Shown: positions 32,646 to 45,307 of the stretch, one piece after another
Numbering within the stretch: the first letter of the stretch is position 1
How the letters are laid out: the number at the start of each line of letters is the position of its first letter
Assembly: GCF_018350175.1 (NCBI RefSeq)
Contig: NC_058380.1
Coordinates: forward strand, 57,412,001-57,476,000
Length of the DNA stretch: 64,000 nucleotides
Direction of reading: 5' to 3'
DNA from: Felis catus
Taxonomy: Eukaryota
Made by a program: the position numbers and the translations under genes
The notes under the pieces: model-generated
What the model was told of the DNA's origin: nothing
Databases searched by the model: none
The model's input: only the letters and a program-made list of their open reading frames with translations

Positions 32646-32997
32646 CCCTCTTTTTTTTGACTTAAGTTATTTTTAATAGATTTATCTTCTCTTTACCTGT
32701 CTTCTACATAGGGAGGGGCTGTATCCATTGAGGGAATGGCATTCCTTTCCCACTCTTGTCACCCAATGCCTCGTCCTCCCTTGATTTTTTCTTTGGCTTA
32801 CCATCATTGTCCATACCTACCTCCCTCTCCTCCAATCTCCTCTTTATCCATATCTTTAATAACATTTACTATTTTTTAAAATGATTTTGGGGGTCTCATT
32901 TTTTCCAGAGGTCCTCACACAATTCTCTGTGCCGTGACCTAAAACTGTGTATGTAGCATTGATTTCTGTGGATTGGAGGTGATGGGGTTGAGGGGCA

Positions 32998-33192
32998 GAA
33001 TATCCTCAACCATGGCGCTGATGTTTTGGACTGGATAATCCTTTATTGTTGGGGGGCAGTCCTGTGAACTGTGGGATGTTTAGCAGCATCCCTGACCTCC
33101 ACTGTGACCACCAGAAATATTTCCAGACATTGCCACATGTCCCCCTGGAGGGCAAAATCCACCACTACCCTCCCTGCCTATGTTGAGAACTA
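32998..33192. mobile_element. MER20 DNA transposon
   Basis: ggatgtttagcagcatccctgacctc...ccagacattgccacatgtcccc...gttgagaac. Confidence 0.8.
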
Positions 33193-33269
33193 CTATGCTG
33201 TAATATGGGCTTTCTGAAATGGATAGGTGGTTGTACTTTTTCTCTCCAGCTGCCAATTTGTTTGCTTAG

Positions 33270-33445
33270 CCTGGGTTTTCGAAAGTGCGGTCTTTGTCTT
33301 ACTTGGTAGGAGGTAGCTTCTTAAAATTGCAGGTTTCTGAGCTCATCCTAGACCTATTGAATCGGAAACATTGGAAGTGGAATCTGTAAATCTGATTTTT
33401 ACAAGACGCTCCCCCCTCTTCTCCCCTAACCAGGTAATTCTTTTG
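33270..33445. mobile_element. MER5-like DNA transposon fragment
   Basis: aaattgcaggtttctg...agacctattgaatcggaaac...aatctgatttttacaag. Confidence 0.6.
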
Positions 33446-34949
33446 CCCTAGGCTTGACCCTCCTGTGGCATAACTGCTGCATTACCCACATTTTTTTCCT
33501 GCAAATCTTGCTGGTGCTCCAGCTTTGCTTCCGCTCTTGGCCCCATGATGCCAACACAAATAAGGAGGCCTCAGGTTACCAGGACAACTGGAGCACAGGA
33601 AACCGTAAAGACTCTGAGCTCCTACAGGCATCATGGACTGTGGCTATGCTGGCTTGATTTCTCTTGGGGGCTCAGTCATACTTTCTATTCCCCATTCCCA
33701 AACTACCCAGACTGGCAGATACCCAGGCCCAATCCACAGATCCTAATTATACAGACTGGGTGGTGGAATCTACAATGGGTGGAATGGAGAAGGGTAAATG
33801 AAGCTCTGTTACTCACACCATTGATATTCTGTGTCATGTTGGTGGTAATTGAATTTTTATACTGGTGAGAATTATATTCACCTGAGAGTTGATGTGATTA
33901 CAGGCTTTGGAATCAGGATGCATAATATTATTTCTATTATTTATAGTTGCTTCAGTGAACCTTGAGTCTTGAATCTTTTTGGATCCCTGGATAGAGGTTT
34001 TCACAATTAGCTTTGGGTCAAAAGATTTAGCAATCTGATAAACTGAGAACAGCTAACGTTTAGCAAGAAAAGAATAGTTACCAGATAATGAGTTTGAGTT
34101 CTATTTACATTTCATTATAAAGCTAGTCTTTGTTTTAAGGTAGATCATCTGGTTTAAGTCTCTAAAGCCATGAATAAATGAAAATTTGCTTGCACATATG
34201 GGCACTTAGATGCTTAGAAAATGTTGAATTGATCCAGAACTGGAGCAGGCCACCTCCATGGAGCATCATGGCAGGTGAGAGCAAGAGGAAATAAAGGGTG
34301 ATAAGATTGACTTGATAGCTCTTTTCAAATAGTTGAAGGATTCTCCTGTGGAGGAGGGGTCAGATTTACTTGCTTTAGTTCCAGAAGGTAGAATAAGCAC
34401 CTTTATTTCAGATGACAGTGATAGAGGGACAGACTTTGGTTCAGTAAGGAAGAATGTTTGATTAATTGGCTGACCTCAGACTGGAATGAGCTGAACTGTT
34501 AGTGAATTATTTGTGATGGTATTGTTTATATGGAGGTTAGAGTACTGATTGCACAAGGTTTGGATGCGATTTGGGACATTAAATTGAGTTTGGCCTGGAA
34601 GAAAAGCAGGCAAATTTATTGGAGGTCAATTTACCCTTTCTATTACATGATTCTGTGGCAACTCTTAAAGTCATTACTGTTTTCCTAGGCACCTCTGCCA
34701 AGTTTACCCCCCTGAGTCATTGAATATTAGAGTTGGTAGTAGAGTCTTTAGAAATTTCTCAAATGTTCTCTAGTCCTCTGGAGATATCTCAAGAATGTCA
34801 CAGAGGTGGCTGAGAGAAGTGAGATGAAGGACAGCTGAGGCTCTGAGCCTTTTCCCTAGGCTTCAGCCAGAAAAGTCTTGCCTTCCCCCCCCCCCCCGAA
34901 AAAAAAAGGGGGAGGGGGGTTCTACTGGAAAAAAATTGTAAAAGCCCTG

Positions 34950-35080
34950 ATATCCTAAGTTCTTCATTTTACTGACAGAGAAACTAAGATACAGAGCAGA
35001 GAAGTGTCTTGCCAGAAGTCACACAGCCAATACATGTCAGGGTTGGAATTCAAATTTAGCTCTTCTAATTCCAGGCTTCA
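34950..35080 (-). mobile_element. MIR fragment
   Basis: cattttactgacagaggaaactaag...gtcacacagc...ggaattcaaa. Confidence 0.7.
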
Positions 35081-35684
35081 AATCTACTAGTCTAACTTCT
35101 TATAATTCAGTGATAAGTTTCTCTCCATTTCTCTGGCTCCACTATAAGCCAGAATTTTATTTCTTCAGATCTATCTCCTGTTAGCCGCTGAACAGGTCTC
35201 TCTGCTACCCAATCTCTCTTTCTTCTGGTCTATATTATATTCACAGCTGCCATGTTATACTTCTTGAAGCATTGTCTTTATCATGAGATTTCCCTGCTGA
35301 AGAACCTTCTCTGTATTGCCTAGAAGGACTTTTCAGCCTGACACATTGTTAGTATTCTTTAGGATCCTTATTGTTCACCTAGCTGAACTTTTGCCCAAGT
35401 CCATCCTGTTATGGGTAATTAAAGGGCTATATAAAATAGTGAGATTAACTGAGTCCCACCCTACTTCTAGACACCACTTTTGGCAGGATTTTTGTGTGGA
35501 GAGTTTTAATCAGGCATGATGAAAAGATACAAAAGAAATAGAAGATTACAGCTCATAAACGGCAAGTTGCACAACAATATGTATAATACCCAATTTATGT
35601 GACACATACAGTTAGTTGTTTACAAACAAGAATGAGATGTATAGAAAGCATCTGGAAGAAAATACACCAAACTGATAACAGGAG

Positions 35685-35862
35685 TTTTTTTTAGTTTAAT
35701 TTTTGAGAGACAGGGTAAGCAGGGGAGGGGCAGAGAGAGAGGGAGACAGAATCCCAAGCAGGCTCTGTACTGCCAGCGCGGAGCCTGATGGGGGACTGTG
35801 AGATCATTACCTAAGCTGAAATGAAGTTAGGCGCTCAATCAACTAAGCCACCAAGGCACCCC
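35685..35862 (-). mobile_element. Can-SINE
   Basis: Antisense SINE body. Confidence 0.85.
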
Positions 35863-36203
35863 TATAACAGACATTGACTCTAAGGAGGGAGATTGAAAAA
35901 CAATGGCGGAGAGCATAGGAAGAGGGGACTTAAAAGATTTATTTCTCCATTGAGGAGAGCCTCACAGGATGGAAGGGAGACCTAAGGAACCAGGCTTGGA
36001 ACTGACAGAGAAAGAACTGCTCAGCTATCTTGCTTGGTTTCAATGGAGGGAGGGAAAACTTGATTTTACTCTCCCAACAAATATTTACATAGAACGGGGG
36101 AGTTAATTGCCTGAAATGACATCAGAGTACTCTTAGGAAGTGAGCATGGATGCTGTGAACTAGAAATGACAAATGTCCACTGAATTCATCACCCCTACCC
36201 TCA

Positions 36204-36624
36204 TTTCTTTTTTTTTTTTTCAACGTTTTTATTTATTTTTTGGGACAGAGAGAGACAGAGCATGAACGGGGGAGGGGCAGAGAGAGAGGGAGACACAGAA
36301 TCGGAAACAGGCTCCAGGCTCTGAGCCATCAGCCCAGAGCCTGATGCGGGGCTCGAACTCACCGACCGCGAGATCGTGACCTGGCTGAAGTCGGACACTT
36401 AACCGACTGCGCCACCCAGGCGCCCCCTTTTTTTTTTTTTAAGTTTAGTTTGAGAGAGAGAGAGAACACAAGTGGGGACAAACAGAGAGAGAATCCAAAG
36501 CAGGCTCCACACTGTCAGCGCAGAGCATGACGTGGGACTTGAATTCATGAACTACAAGATCATAACCTGAGCTGGAATCAAGAGTCAGACTGTCTCGTAA
36601 CCAACTGAGCCACCCAGGTGCCCC
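36204..36624 (-). mobile_element. Young SINEC_Fc (36204-36426) inserted in the tail of an older Can-SINE (36428-36624)
   Basis: Two tandem antisense SINE bodies. Confidence 0.92.
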
Positions 36625-36863
36625 TCTCCACCTGCCCCCTCATTTGTTGGGGGGTGCCCCCTCAGCTTTCTTCTAAGCACAGGAAGGACACAAAGCAAAA
36701 ATACAACCTGCCACTTCCCTCCCTACCTGCTCTATCTTGCACTCTCTCATCCTCTTAACTCAATGCACCTCAATCCCTAGTAAATGTTAAAACCACACCA
36801 CAGGACTTGAACTAAGCCAGTAAAGAAAGGTCTAAGATGGAGGTGTAGATAAAAAATAGCTTT

Positions 36864-37066
36864 GGGGCACCTGGGTGACTCAGTTGGTTAAGTGTCCAAC
36901 TTTGGCTCAGCCATGATCTCATGGTTTGTGGGTTCGAGCCCCACATTGGGCTCTGCACTGACAGCTTGGAGTCTGGAGCCTACTTCGGATTCTGTCTCTC
37001 TTTCTCTCTGCCTCACCCTGATTGTGCTGTCTCTCTCAAAAATAAATAAATAAACATAAAAAAAAT
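36864..37066 (+). mobile_element. Can-SINE
   Basis: TSD aaaaaatagcttt. Confidence 0.9.
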
Positions 37067-37094
37067 AGCTTTCTTCAGCTGTTATCCTTGCTTA

Positions 37095-37735
37095 GGCCTG
37101 ATTTTTTATTTTTTATTTTTAATGAAATCTATTTTATTCATTCATTCATTCATTCATTCATTTAGAGAGAGGGCACAAGTGAGCAAGGGCAGAGAGAGAA
37201 TCCCAGGAGGACAGGCCTGATTTTTATATTTTTAAGTAAATCTAATTTTATTTTATTTTATTTTTTATTATTTATTTATTTAGAGGGCACAAGTGAGCAA
37301 GGGGCAGAGAGAGAGAGAGAATCCTAGGAGGGACAAAGAAGCAGGGCTCACTCAAAGAGGGACTTGTGCTCACCCAAAGTAGGGCTCGAGCTCACCTGAT
37401 ATGGGACTCAAAACTCATAAACTGTGAGATCATGTCCTGAGCCAAAGTCAAGTGCTTATTGACTGAGCTACCCAGGCACCCTAAGCCTGATTTTTCTTCT
37501 TATTATTATCAAAAAAACGATTTTTTAATGTTTATTTTTGAGAGAGACAGCCCATGTCGGGGAGGGGCAGGGAGAGAGGGAGACACAGAATCTGAAGCAG
37601 GCTCCAGGCTCTGAGCTGTCAGCACAGAGCCCAATGTGGGGCTCAAATCTATGGACCATGAGATCATGACCTGAGTCAAAGTTGGAAGCTTAACCGACTG
37701 AGCCACCCAGACACCCCACCCTAAGCCTGATTTTT
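37095..37735 (-). mobile_element. Stack of antisense Can-SINEs with a duplicated tail segment
   Basis: Bodies end at about 37482 and 37716; gcctgattttt occurs four times. Confidence 0.85.
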
Positions 37736-37984
37736 AAAAAATTAAATTAGGTTAATCAGGAGAGGATGTGCAAATTCACTAACTTCTGTGAATTAGAAAA
37801 CAAATTCTAAGGTACTGCATTTCCACTGGACAGAACCCATTTCTCTGGTGTGTTTCAGAAGGCTGACTGGTAAAGGATAATTCTATACTATATATGGGCT
37901 GCTAAACCTCTAATGATTTGCTGGCCAGCCACTGTTGGTAATAAAAAAGAGTTTAACTCCTTAACTGTTGCAAAATAATTATTT

Positions 37985-39640
37985 TTTCAACTTTACAGAA
38001 ATATAATTTACAAGCAAGATGATGTACGTGTTTTCAAGTGTACAACGTAGATGTTTGCACTTATATAATCATCTTCCCAGACTAGTCACTTCTGTTACCC
38101 CCCGACACACACACACACAAAGTCCCCTGTTGCCCTTTGCGGTCTCCCCTCACCCCACCCCAGACATCCACTGATTATATTTCTATCACTGTAGATTAGT
38201 TTTACCTATTGTAGAGGTTGATATAAATGGAATCATACAGTATGTGTCCTGTTCTTAGCTTCTTTAATTCGGCATTACGTTTTTCATATCCATTCATGTT
38301 TTTGTGTATGTCAGTAATTTATCCTTTTTTTTTGCTGAGTAGTATTTCATTGTTGGATATGCCACAATTACTTCCCCAGCATTTAATGATAATGAGTTTG
38401 TCCATTCATCTGCTGATGGACATTTAGGTTGCTTTCTACTTTTTAAAAAAAGTTTATTCATTTTGGGAGAGAGAAGGAGAAAGTGTGCATGTGTGCGCAT
38501 GCATATGTGTGCAAGTTAAGGGGGGACAGAGAGAGAAGAAGAGAGAGAATCCCAAGAAGGCTTTGTGCTGTCAGCACGGAGCTGACGGAGGGCTCAATTT
38601 CACCAGTTATGAGATCATGACCTGAGCCAAAATTCAAGAGTTGGGGGCGTAACTGACTGAGCCACCCAGGCACCCCTAGTATTGTCAGTGTTTAAAATCA
38701 TTCTATTAAAAAAAATTTTTTGGGGGGGGGGGTGCGCCTGGGTGGCGCAGTCGGTTAAGCGTCTGACTTCAGCCAGGTCACGGTCTCGCGGTCGGTGAGT
38801 TTGAGCCCCGCGTCAGGCTCTGGGCTGATGGCTCGGAGCCTGGAGCCTGTTTCCGATTCTGTGTCTCCCTCTCTCTCTGCCCCTCCCCCGTTCATGCTCT
38901 GTCTTTCTCTGTCCCAAAAATAAATAAACGTTGAAAAAAAAATTAAAAAAAAATTTTTTTTTTGATGTTTATTTTTGAGAGAGAGAATGTGTGTACAAAT
39001 GGGGGAGGAGCAGAGAGAGAGAGAGACAGAATCTAAAGCAGGCTCCATGCTGTCAGTGCAGAGCCCAACATGGGGCTCAAACTCAGAAACTGTGAGATCA
39101 TGACCTGAACCGAGGTCGGATGCTCAACCAATGGAACCACCCAGGCGCCCCAAGGTTTGTAGTGATGTCTCATTGTGGTTGTAATTTGCTTTTCCCCAGC
39201 AATTAATGATACTGGGCATCTTTTCATGTGCTTATTTGCCACCAATATCTCATATTTTGGTGAAGTCTATTTAAATCTTTTGCCTATTTAAAAAATTGGA
39301 ATGTTGGTCTTATTGCTGTAAGAGTTCTTTATTCAAAATACAAGTGAGTATATGAATTGTGAGTATATGTGAATATATGAATTGAAAATATTCCCCCAGT
39401 GAGTGGCTTGCCATTTTTCCTTGTGTCTTTTGAACAGCAGAAGTTTTGAATTTTGGTGAAGTCTAATTTCTTACTTTTTTTTTCTTTTACAGTTAGTGCT
39501 CTTTGTGCCCTGCACAAGAAATCTTTGCTTACAACAAAGTCACAGATTTTCTCCTGTGTTTTCTTCTATATCTAGAAATTTTATAGTTTTAACTATTATA
39601 CCTAGGTCTTTTTGTGCTAATTATCCATTTCGATCACTTC
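37985..39640 (-). mobile_element. Old LINE-1 (L1M-type) 3' region interrupted by Can-SINEs (38440-38675 -, 38730-38952 +, 38955-39151 -)
   Basis: ataaatggaatcatacagtatgtg, gatggacatttaggttgc, gcatcttttcatgtgcttatttgcc and gaacagcagaagttttgaatttt are typical antisense L1 words. Confidence 0.85.
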
Positions 39641-41338
39641 TTTAGCTTTTCTTCACTGCATAACAAATACAGTAGGAAAGGAAGAATCTGAAATAAAGGT
39701 GATTACCTCTCAGAAAAGGATATATTGTAGAATAGATTTTAAACATTTGTTGTGTGTACTGTTGTCTTCATGCAATATTTATTAATTTTTTATGTTTATT
39801 TTTGAAAGAGAGTGCATGCTTGCACGTGTGCGCACGAGTGGGGAAGGGACAGAGAGAGAGACAGAGGATCTGAAGTGGGCTCCATCCAGCTGCGTGCTGG
39901 CAGCACAGAGCCCGATGTGGGGCTCAAACTCACGAAATCAGTAAGTGATCTCATGCTCCTGTCACTAGATGTAGTGACCAGACTTTGGTTTATACAAAAC
40001 AGTTTGGTTTTGTTTCTAATCCTGTTTTTGGTAATATCTTTTTGCCAAAAGAGTTTGCTGTTAGTATCATCACGGAACTCCTAGTTCTCTTTCCTGATAA
40101 CCAGAGAACTAGATATCTCCTATAACTAACCGATCATATGTTCCTTAAAGCCATCATACTTTATTTGTGTTAATGATACCACCATTCTACAAGCCACCTC
40201 AAGTATCAGTAATAAGTGTTATTTACTATTAACATTAATAAACTAGTACAAATGTTAATAACCAAATAACAAGTGGTGTTAATTCAGAGCAGGATGAGAC
40301 CACTATGGCTGAGGATAACCTTCATAGAAGAAATAAGGATTGAACTAGTTCTGAAAGATGAGTAAGATTTTGATATATACAAACAGGGCAGATTGATTTG
40401 GATTAATGGATTTGAGGAAGACGAGAGGAAGGATCAGTACATGCGTCATTCATGGTGTGACTCCCCTGTCTGTTTATAGTGGACATCATTAATCCATCAT
40501 GGAACTCATTCTTGCTGGTAAAACTGGAACTAGATAGTAGGAAGAGAAATGTAGACATTAAATGGAGAGATATTGTAAAAGAGGCATCAGTGAGACTTTG
40601 TGAAAATGTCTGACCTAGGAGGTCAAGATATGGGGCATTTCCCAGGTGCAGTAGGGAAGTCCTTGGTGCAGAGACTATGAAGGGTTTCTGTTGCATCCGT
40701 GCTGAATGTACAAGCATCTGAGGGGTGTGGTGTGATAAGCATCGTAACCAGACTCAGAAAAATAGCGCCAGGGGAAGACAGTGCAATGTAATCCATCCAT
40801 TGCTCTGGAGATCTGGGAAGCCAGAGGCCCACTCGCTCAAGGAGTCCCAACTTTTTCTTGCTGCTACAAAGTCCCCTTCCCCCTCATACATCCAAATTCA
40901 TCTCAGAGAAGTGGGAGAGAGGTGACTCTCTAAGGGACCAAGCAATTTTTATTCAAGAGAGTCTGAGCAGTACCTCAAAGATTAAATGATCAGATCTATT
41001 TTAAATGGGTTGGGCACTTCTGAAGGATGTGGTATCAGCAACTGTGAAGATGTATAAAACCTTCATGTGAATAGAGGGTGCCAGCCAAGTCATCCACTAC
41101 CTTTGATGAGGTAAGGCAAGACTGCATGTGGAATGATGCAGGCCTGTGTACCTGTTGCCAAGAGGGGCTGATTGGGCCCATCTAAGTAGGTTAGGATAGA
41201 TGCCAGAGGCATGTGGCCTACCTGATCAGGTAGCTCAGTGCACTTAGCTTCAGGGGGACTGTTTATCCATGTCTCAGCACCACCCGTGCCCCAATGCTGG
41301 CTACACTCACTCATTGCCAAGAAAAGCATATGGTTGAA

Positions 41339-41511
41339 CAGCTTCAAGAGAATAGGTGTTAACTCTTCCTTAAATGTTTGGTAGAATTCCCTGGAACGCC
41401 ATCTGGCCCCGGACTCTTGTTTTTTTGGGGGAGATTTTTTATTACTAATTTGATTTCTTGACTGGTTATGGGTCTGTTCAAAGTTTCTATTTCTTCCTGT
41501 TTCAGTTTTGG
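41339..41511 (-). mobile_element. Internal LINE-1 ORF2 fragment flanked by a 20-bp direct repeat
   Basis: Translates to [35 protein letters not shown], the ORF2p Z-region preceding the RT domain. Confidence 0.92.
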
Positions 41512-41855
41512 AAGAAAAGCGTATGGTTGAAACACATCTGTTACCGCTGGCCTTCTCAAACCTGTGAGGATAGATTCTTGTAGTCTGCTATTTCCCTCAG
41601 CATCCCTCTTTTATCTCTCCTCATCCTAAGGAACCCATTTTGTTTTTAAGAACCCATTTTTTGAGGAGCCATCCAAATTATCTAGATTTTGTCATTTACT
41701 CATTTTTTAAATTTATTCTGATGTTGAGAGTCTGTTATACCATACATTGTCCTAAGCACTGAGGATACAGCATTTTGTAGAGAAAATGGAATAAACACAA
41801 ATAAATATGTATAATTAAGTTTGAACAATATGAAGTTTAAAAAACATTACAGAGG

Positions 41856-42015
41856 GGGGGTGGCTGGGTGGCTCAGTCAGTTAAGCATCCAACTCCTAAT
41901 TTGGGGTCAGGTCATGATCTCACAGTTCGTGAGATTGAGCCCCCAGTGTGGAGCCTGCTTGGGATTCTCTCTTCCTCCCTTCCTCTCTCTCAAAATACAT
42001 AAATAAACATTTAAA
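41856..42015 (+). mobile_element. Can-SINE (short type)
   Basis: ctgggtggctcagtcagttaagcatcc head, AATAAA tail. Confidence 0.85.
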
Positions 42016-42079
42016 ACATATTCTGGAGAAAGAACAGAGTATTATTGGACTATACATATTTGGGGGGAGACCTTGTCTG

Positions 42080-43240
42080 TAAAGGAAGTGGTGATGTTTA
42101 CACAGTGATCTTACTGATTTTGAGGTGATTGTGTGGAAGGTGGGAAGTGTTTCAGATAGAGGGAACAGTATGTGCAAAGGTGAGAGAATGGAAAGGAATG
42201 AAAGAAGTTCAGGGTATCTGGAGCATGAAGAGGGGGTGGGATGTGAGGTGAGATGAGGCTGAAGAGGTAGGCAGGGGCCAGATCAAGGAGCACCTTGAAA
42301 TCCATGTTAAGGTGTTTATAGTTTATCCTTTAAAGGGGAGGCCAGTTGTGCCTGGGTGGCTCGGTCGGTTGAGCATCCAACACTTAGTTTCAGCTCAGGT
42401 CATGATCTCATGGTTTGTGAGATCCAGCCCTTCGTTGGGCTCCTTGCTGACAGTGTGGAGCCTGCTTGGGATTCTCTCTCTCCCTCTCTCTCTGCCCCTC
42501 CCCTGCTCGCTCACTCTGTCTCTCTCTCAAAAATAAATAAGCTTAAAAAAAATTAAAGGGGAGGCAAGTCAAGGATTTTATGCAGAGGAGTGACTCGGCC
42601 AGCACTACATTTTGGCTGTTTTATAGGCAGATTGGAGAGGATCAACACTAGAGTCTGGGAGACAAGTTAAAGGGCAGTTACATTGGTTCAGGTGAAAGAT
42701 GATAGTGGTTTGCACTATATAGAGTAGCACAGTGGAGAATTGCATGGATTTGAGGGCATATTTTGGAGGTGTATCCAGCAAGACTTAGATGTGGACAGTG
42801 AGGGAGATGAGAATTCAGGGATGACTGAGGTTTTGGGCTTCAGCATGTAGATGGATGATGGTGCCAGTTACTGAGCAAGAGAACTTTGGGGTGGGAAGAT
42901 ATTTTGGGGGGAAATCATGTGTCTGATTTTGGACATTGAATTTGAAGTGCTTGCAACTCCATCAAGTGAAGAGGTCCAGTAGGCAATTGAATATATTAAT
43001 TTGGAGGTGATGGAAATGGATTGGCAATCCATGCTTGGCACATAGAAATAGTTATTGAAGTTATGCATGGGTATAGATATAATTATTGAGAGAGCTGAGT
43101 GGAGAAAAAAAGAATATTTAGAATAAAGCCTCAAGGAATACCAATCAACCCAAGGGACAGGTAGAGAAGGAAGAGTCAGTAAGAGACAGCTGCCAGGTGG
43201 TTTGGGAGAAAGCTATAGTATGGTGTCACAGAAGGTGTAC
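42080..43240 (-). mobile_element. LINE-2 fragment interrupted by a Can-SINE (42348-42555, +)
   Basis: agagggaacagtatgtgcaaagg, ggcaggggccagatca, tttggacattgaatttgaagtgc. Confidence 0.8.
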
Positions 43241-44119
43241 CATTACAGCCTATTGTAGAGAGATGTCAGAGTGTTTGGCTGGACTCCTGGTGCTGCTGAA
43301 GTTACCTATAATATTTGATAGGGTGGGTGGGCTACAGAGGATCAGAGGAGCAGACCTGGAGCTCCCAGACCACTAATAACGTGGCAGCCTTCTGCCTGTC
43401 AAATCTGAAGAAACTTGGACTCTAGGAGGTAGCAGGGGTTGAGAGGATGGAGAAGGCTCCCATAGAGATGTGATACCGTCAGAGCTCTGCCTTTAACCTG
43501 GTGAGGTTCAGCAAGATGCAAGTGAATCCCAGTCTGTGGACCTGAGCCATCCTACAAATTTGGTTACATTCTTACCACTTCCTAGCAGCTCACCCTTTTT
43601 TTCTGTCTCTGCCACTCTGATTCTGATGCCTAACTCATTCCCCTTGGTTCTTGATCTTTGGTTTACTTTGGCTAGCTCTCCCTTTCTGAGCAGTAACTCC
43701 CATATATACATACTTCTAATAACCCCTCTGCATGGCTGGCAAGCTGCAAAAGCTGACTCTTTATGTACCTAATAAGCAGTCACCACAGAGTATGGCCCAG
43801 GATTATAGGCCTAGGTATCTAGAGGTGTTAGTGACTCTAAGCCTTAGAATTTTTGTTTTCCTCAGTCATCTCCTTTTCTCCTGTTTTGCTTGTCTGAGCG
43901 TTATTATTAGCTAGATGTTAAGGCTGGTTCTACCCTTCAGTGAATTTTGGGTTCTATTGCTATTATTCTGAGCTGGTGGTATCTGGGCCTAGCCTTGCTT
44001 GTGGTCTTAGGGGTTTTGATGACCTTTCCTATGGAGTAATATTCTGTGGAACTTCCTACCATGTGCTTTCTTTCTTTCCTTCCTGCCAGGATTAGTAAAA
44101 AATTAATTTAAAAATTCTT

Positions 44120-44322
44120 GGGGGCGCCTGGGTGGCTCAGTCGGTTAAGCGTCCGACTTCAGCTCAGGTCACGATCTCACAGTCCGTGAGTTCGAGCCCC
44201 ACGTCGGGCTCTGGGCTGATGGCTCAGAGCCTGCAGCCTGCTTCCCATTCTCTGTCTCCCTCTCTCTCTGCCCCTCCCCCATTCATACTCTGTCTCAAAA
44301 ATAAATAAAAAATGTTAAAAAA
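44120..44322 (+). mobile_element. Felid Can-SINE
   Basis: TSD attaatttaaaaattct. Confidence 0.93.
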
Positions 44323-45307
44323 GATTAATTTAAAAATTCTATCTTCCTATTCTAAAAGCCTGTAACCTCTTTGCTCTGGGTATTGGGTCTGAGGAATGTC
44401 TGTAGCCCTTAGCCTATTTCAGGACCTATGATTAACATACCCTGGGTCTAAATAATGAATTTGCAAGACTCCTGTGGGTTACAGTTTCATATAGGAGAAG
44501 CTTAAGAGCAGGAATCTGATTGGAAGGGGAGGGAGGCAGTTAGAAGATTTGTCTTGAAGCTGAGTCCACAAGAGTAATATGATCAGCTGACTAGGACTGA
44601 CTACCAGAAAAATAATAAAACAAAGATGTGATTGATAAAAATGTGTGCTGTCTTCATTTAAGTGAGTTTTATAAATGTGGAACCTTAAAAAAATTCTTCT
44701 GTTGGCCAATTAATTCACTTACTTAGTTTATTCCTTCTCCAAACAAAGGTATACCATTAACCTGCAAATTTTAAATACCTGATTTGCTGACTTTTTTTTC
44801 TATTTATGTATTTTTATTTGGTTTACTTTATGAGGTGGGGGAAAGAGTTCACCGTCATTAATGCCAACAACTCTTCCTCAAATCCTCCAAGCAATCTTTT
44901 CCGTGGTGAGTTGTGTAAAATTCTAATCATTACTGTTGTGCAATGCTAAAATACCTTATATATGTAACAGTGACAGCACACATGCCCACACCCAGTGAAA
45001 CAAGGTCATGTTCCAGCAGAAATTATCTACATTGAGGTGACAGGTGATGATGCCATGACTAGGGGTGAACTCACCAAGGAAATGAGCATAGAAAGAAGAA
45101 TGCAGAAAGCTGAGGACCAGGGCGTGGGGAGAGGGGAGGAAGCTCACAGTTCAGAGGAGGAAGAGGACCTTCACCACAGTGATAGATTAGTAGACACCGA
45201 GATGGGAGCATGACTAGGCAAATGAGCCGTGGCAAAAGTCATGAGAGTTTCAAGAGCAAGGTGGTGGTTAGCAGGAACTTCTCTGTGTTTCTCTTCATCC
45301 TAATTAC

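Noticed and set aside
40403-41347. Cluster of minus-strand ORFs suspected to be a processed pseudogene
   Set aside because: I could not recognise any parent protein, poly(A) tail or flanking TSD; a tblastx search would be needed.
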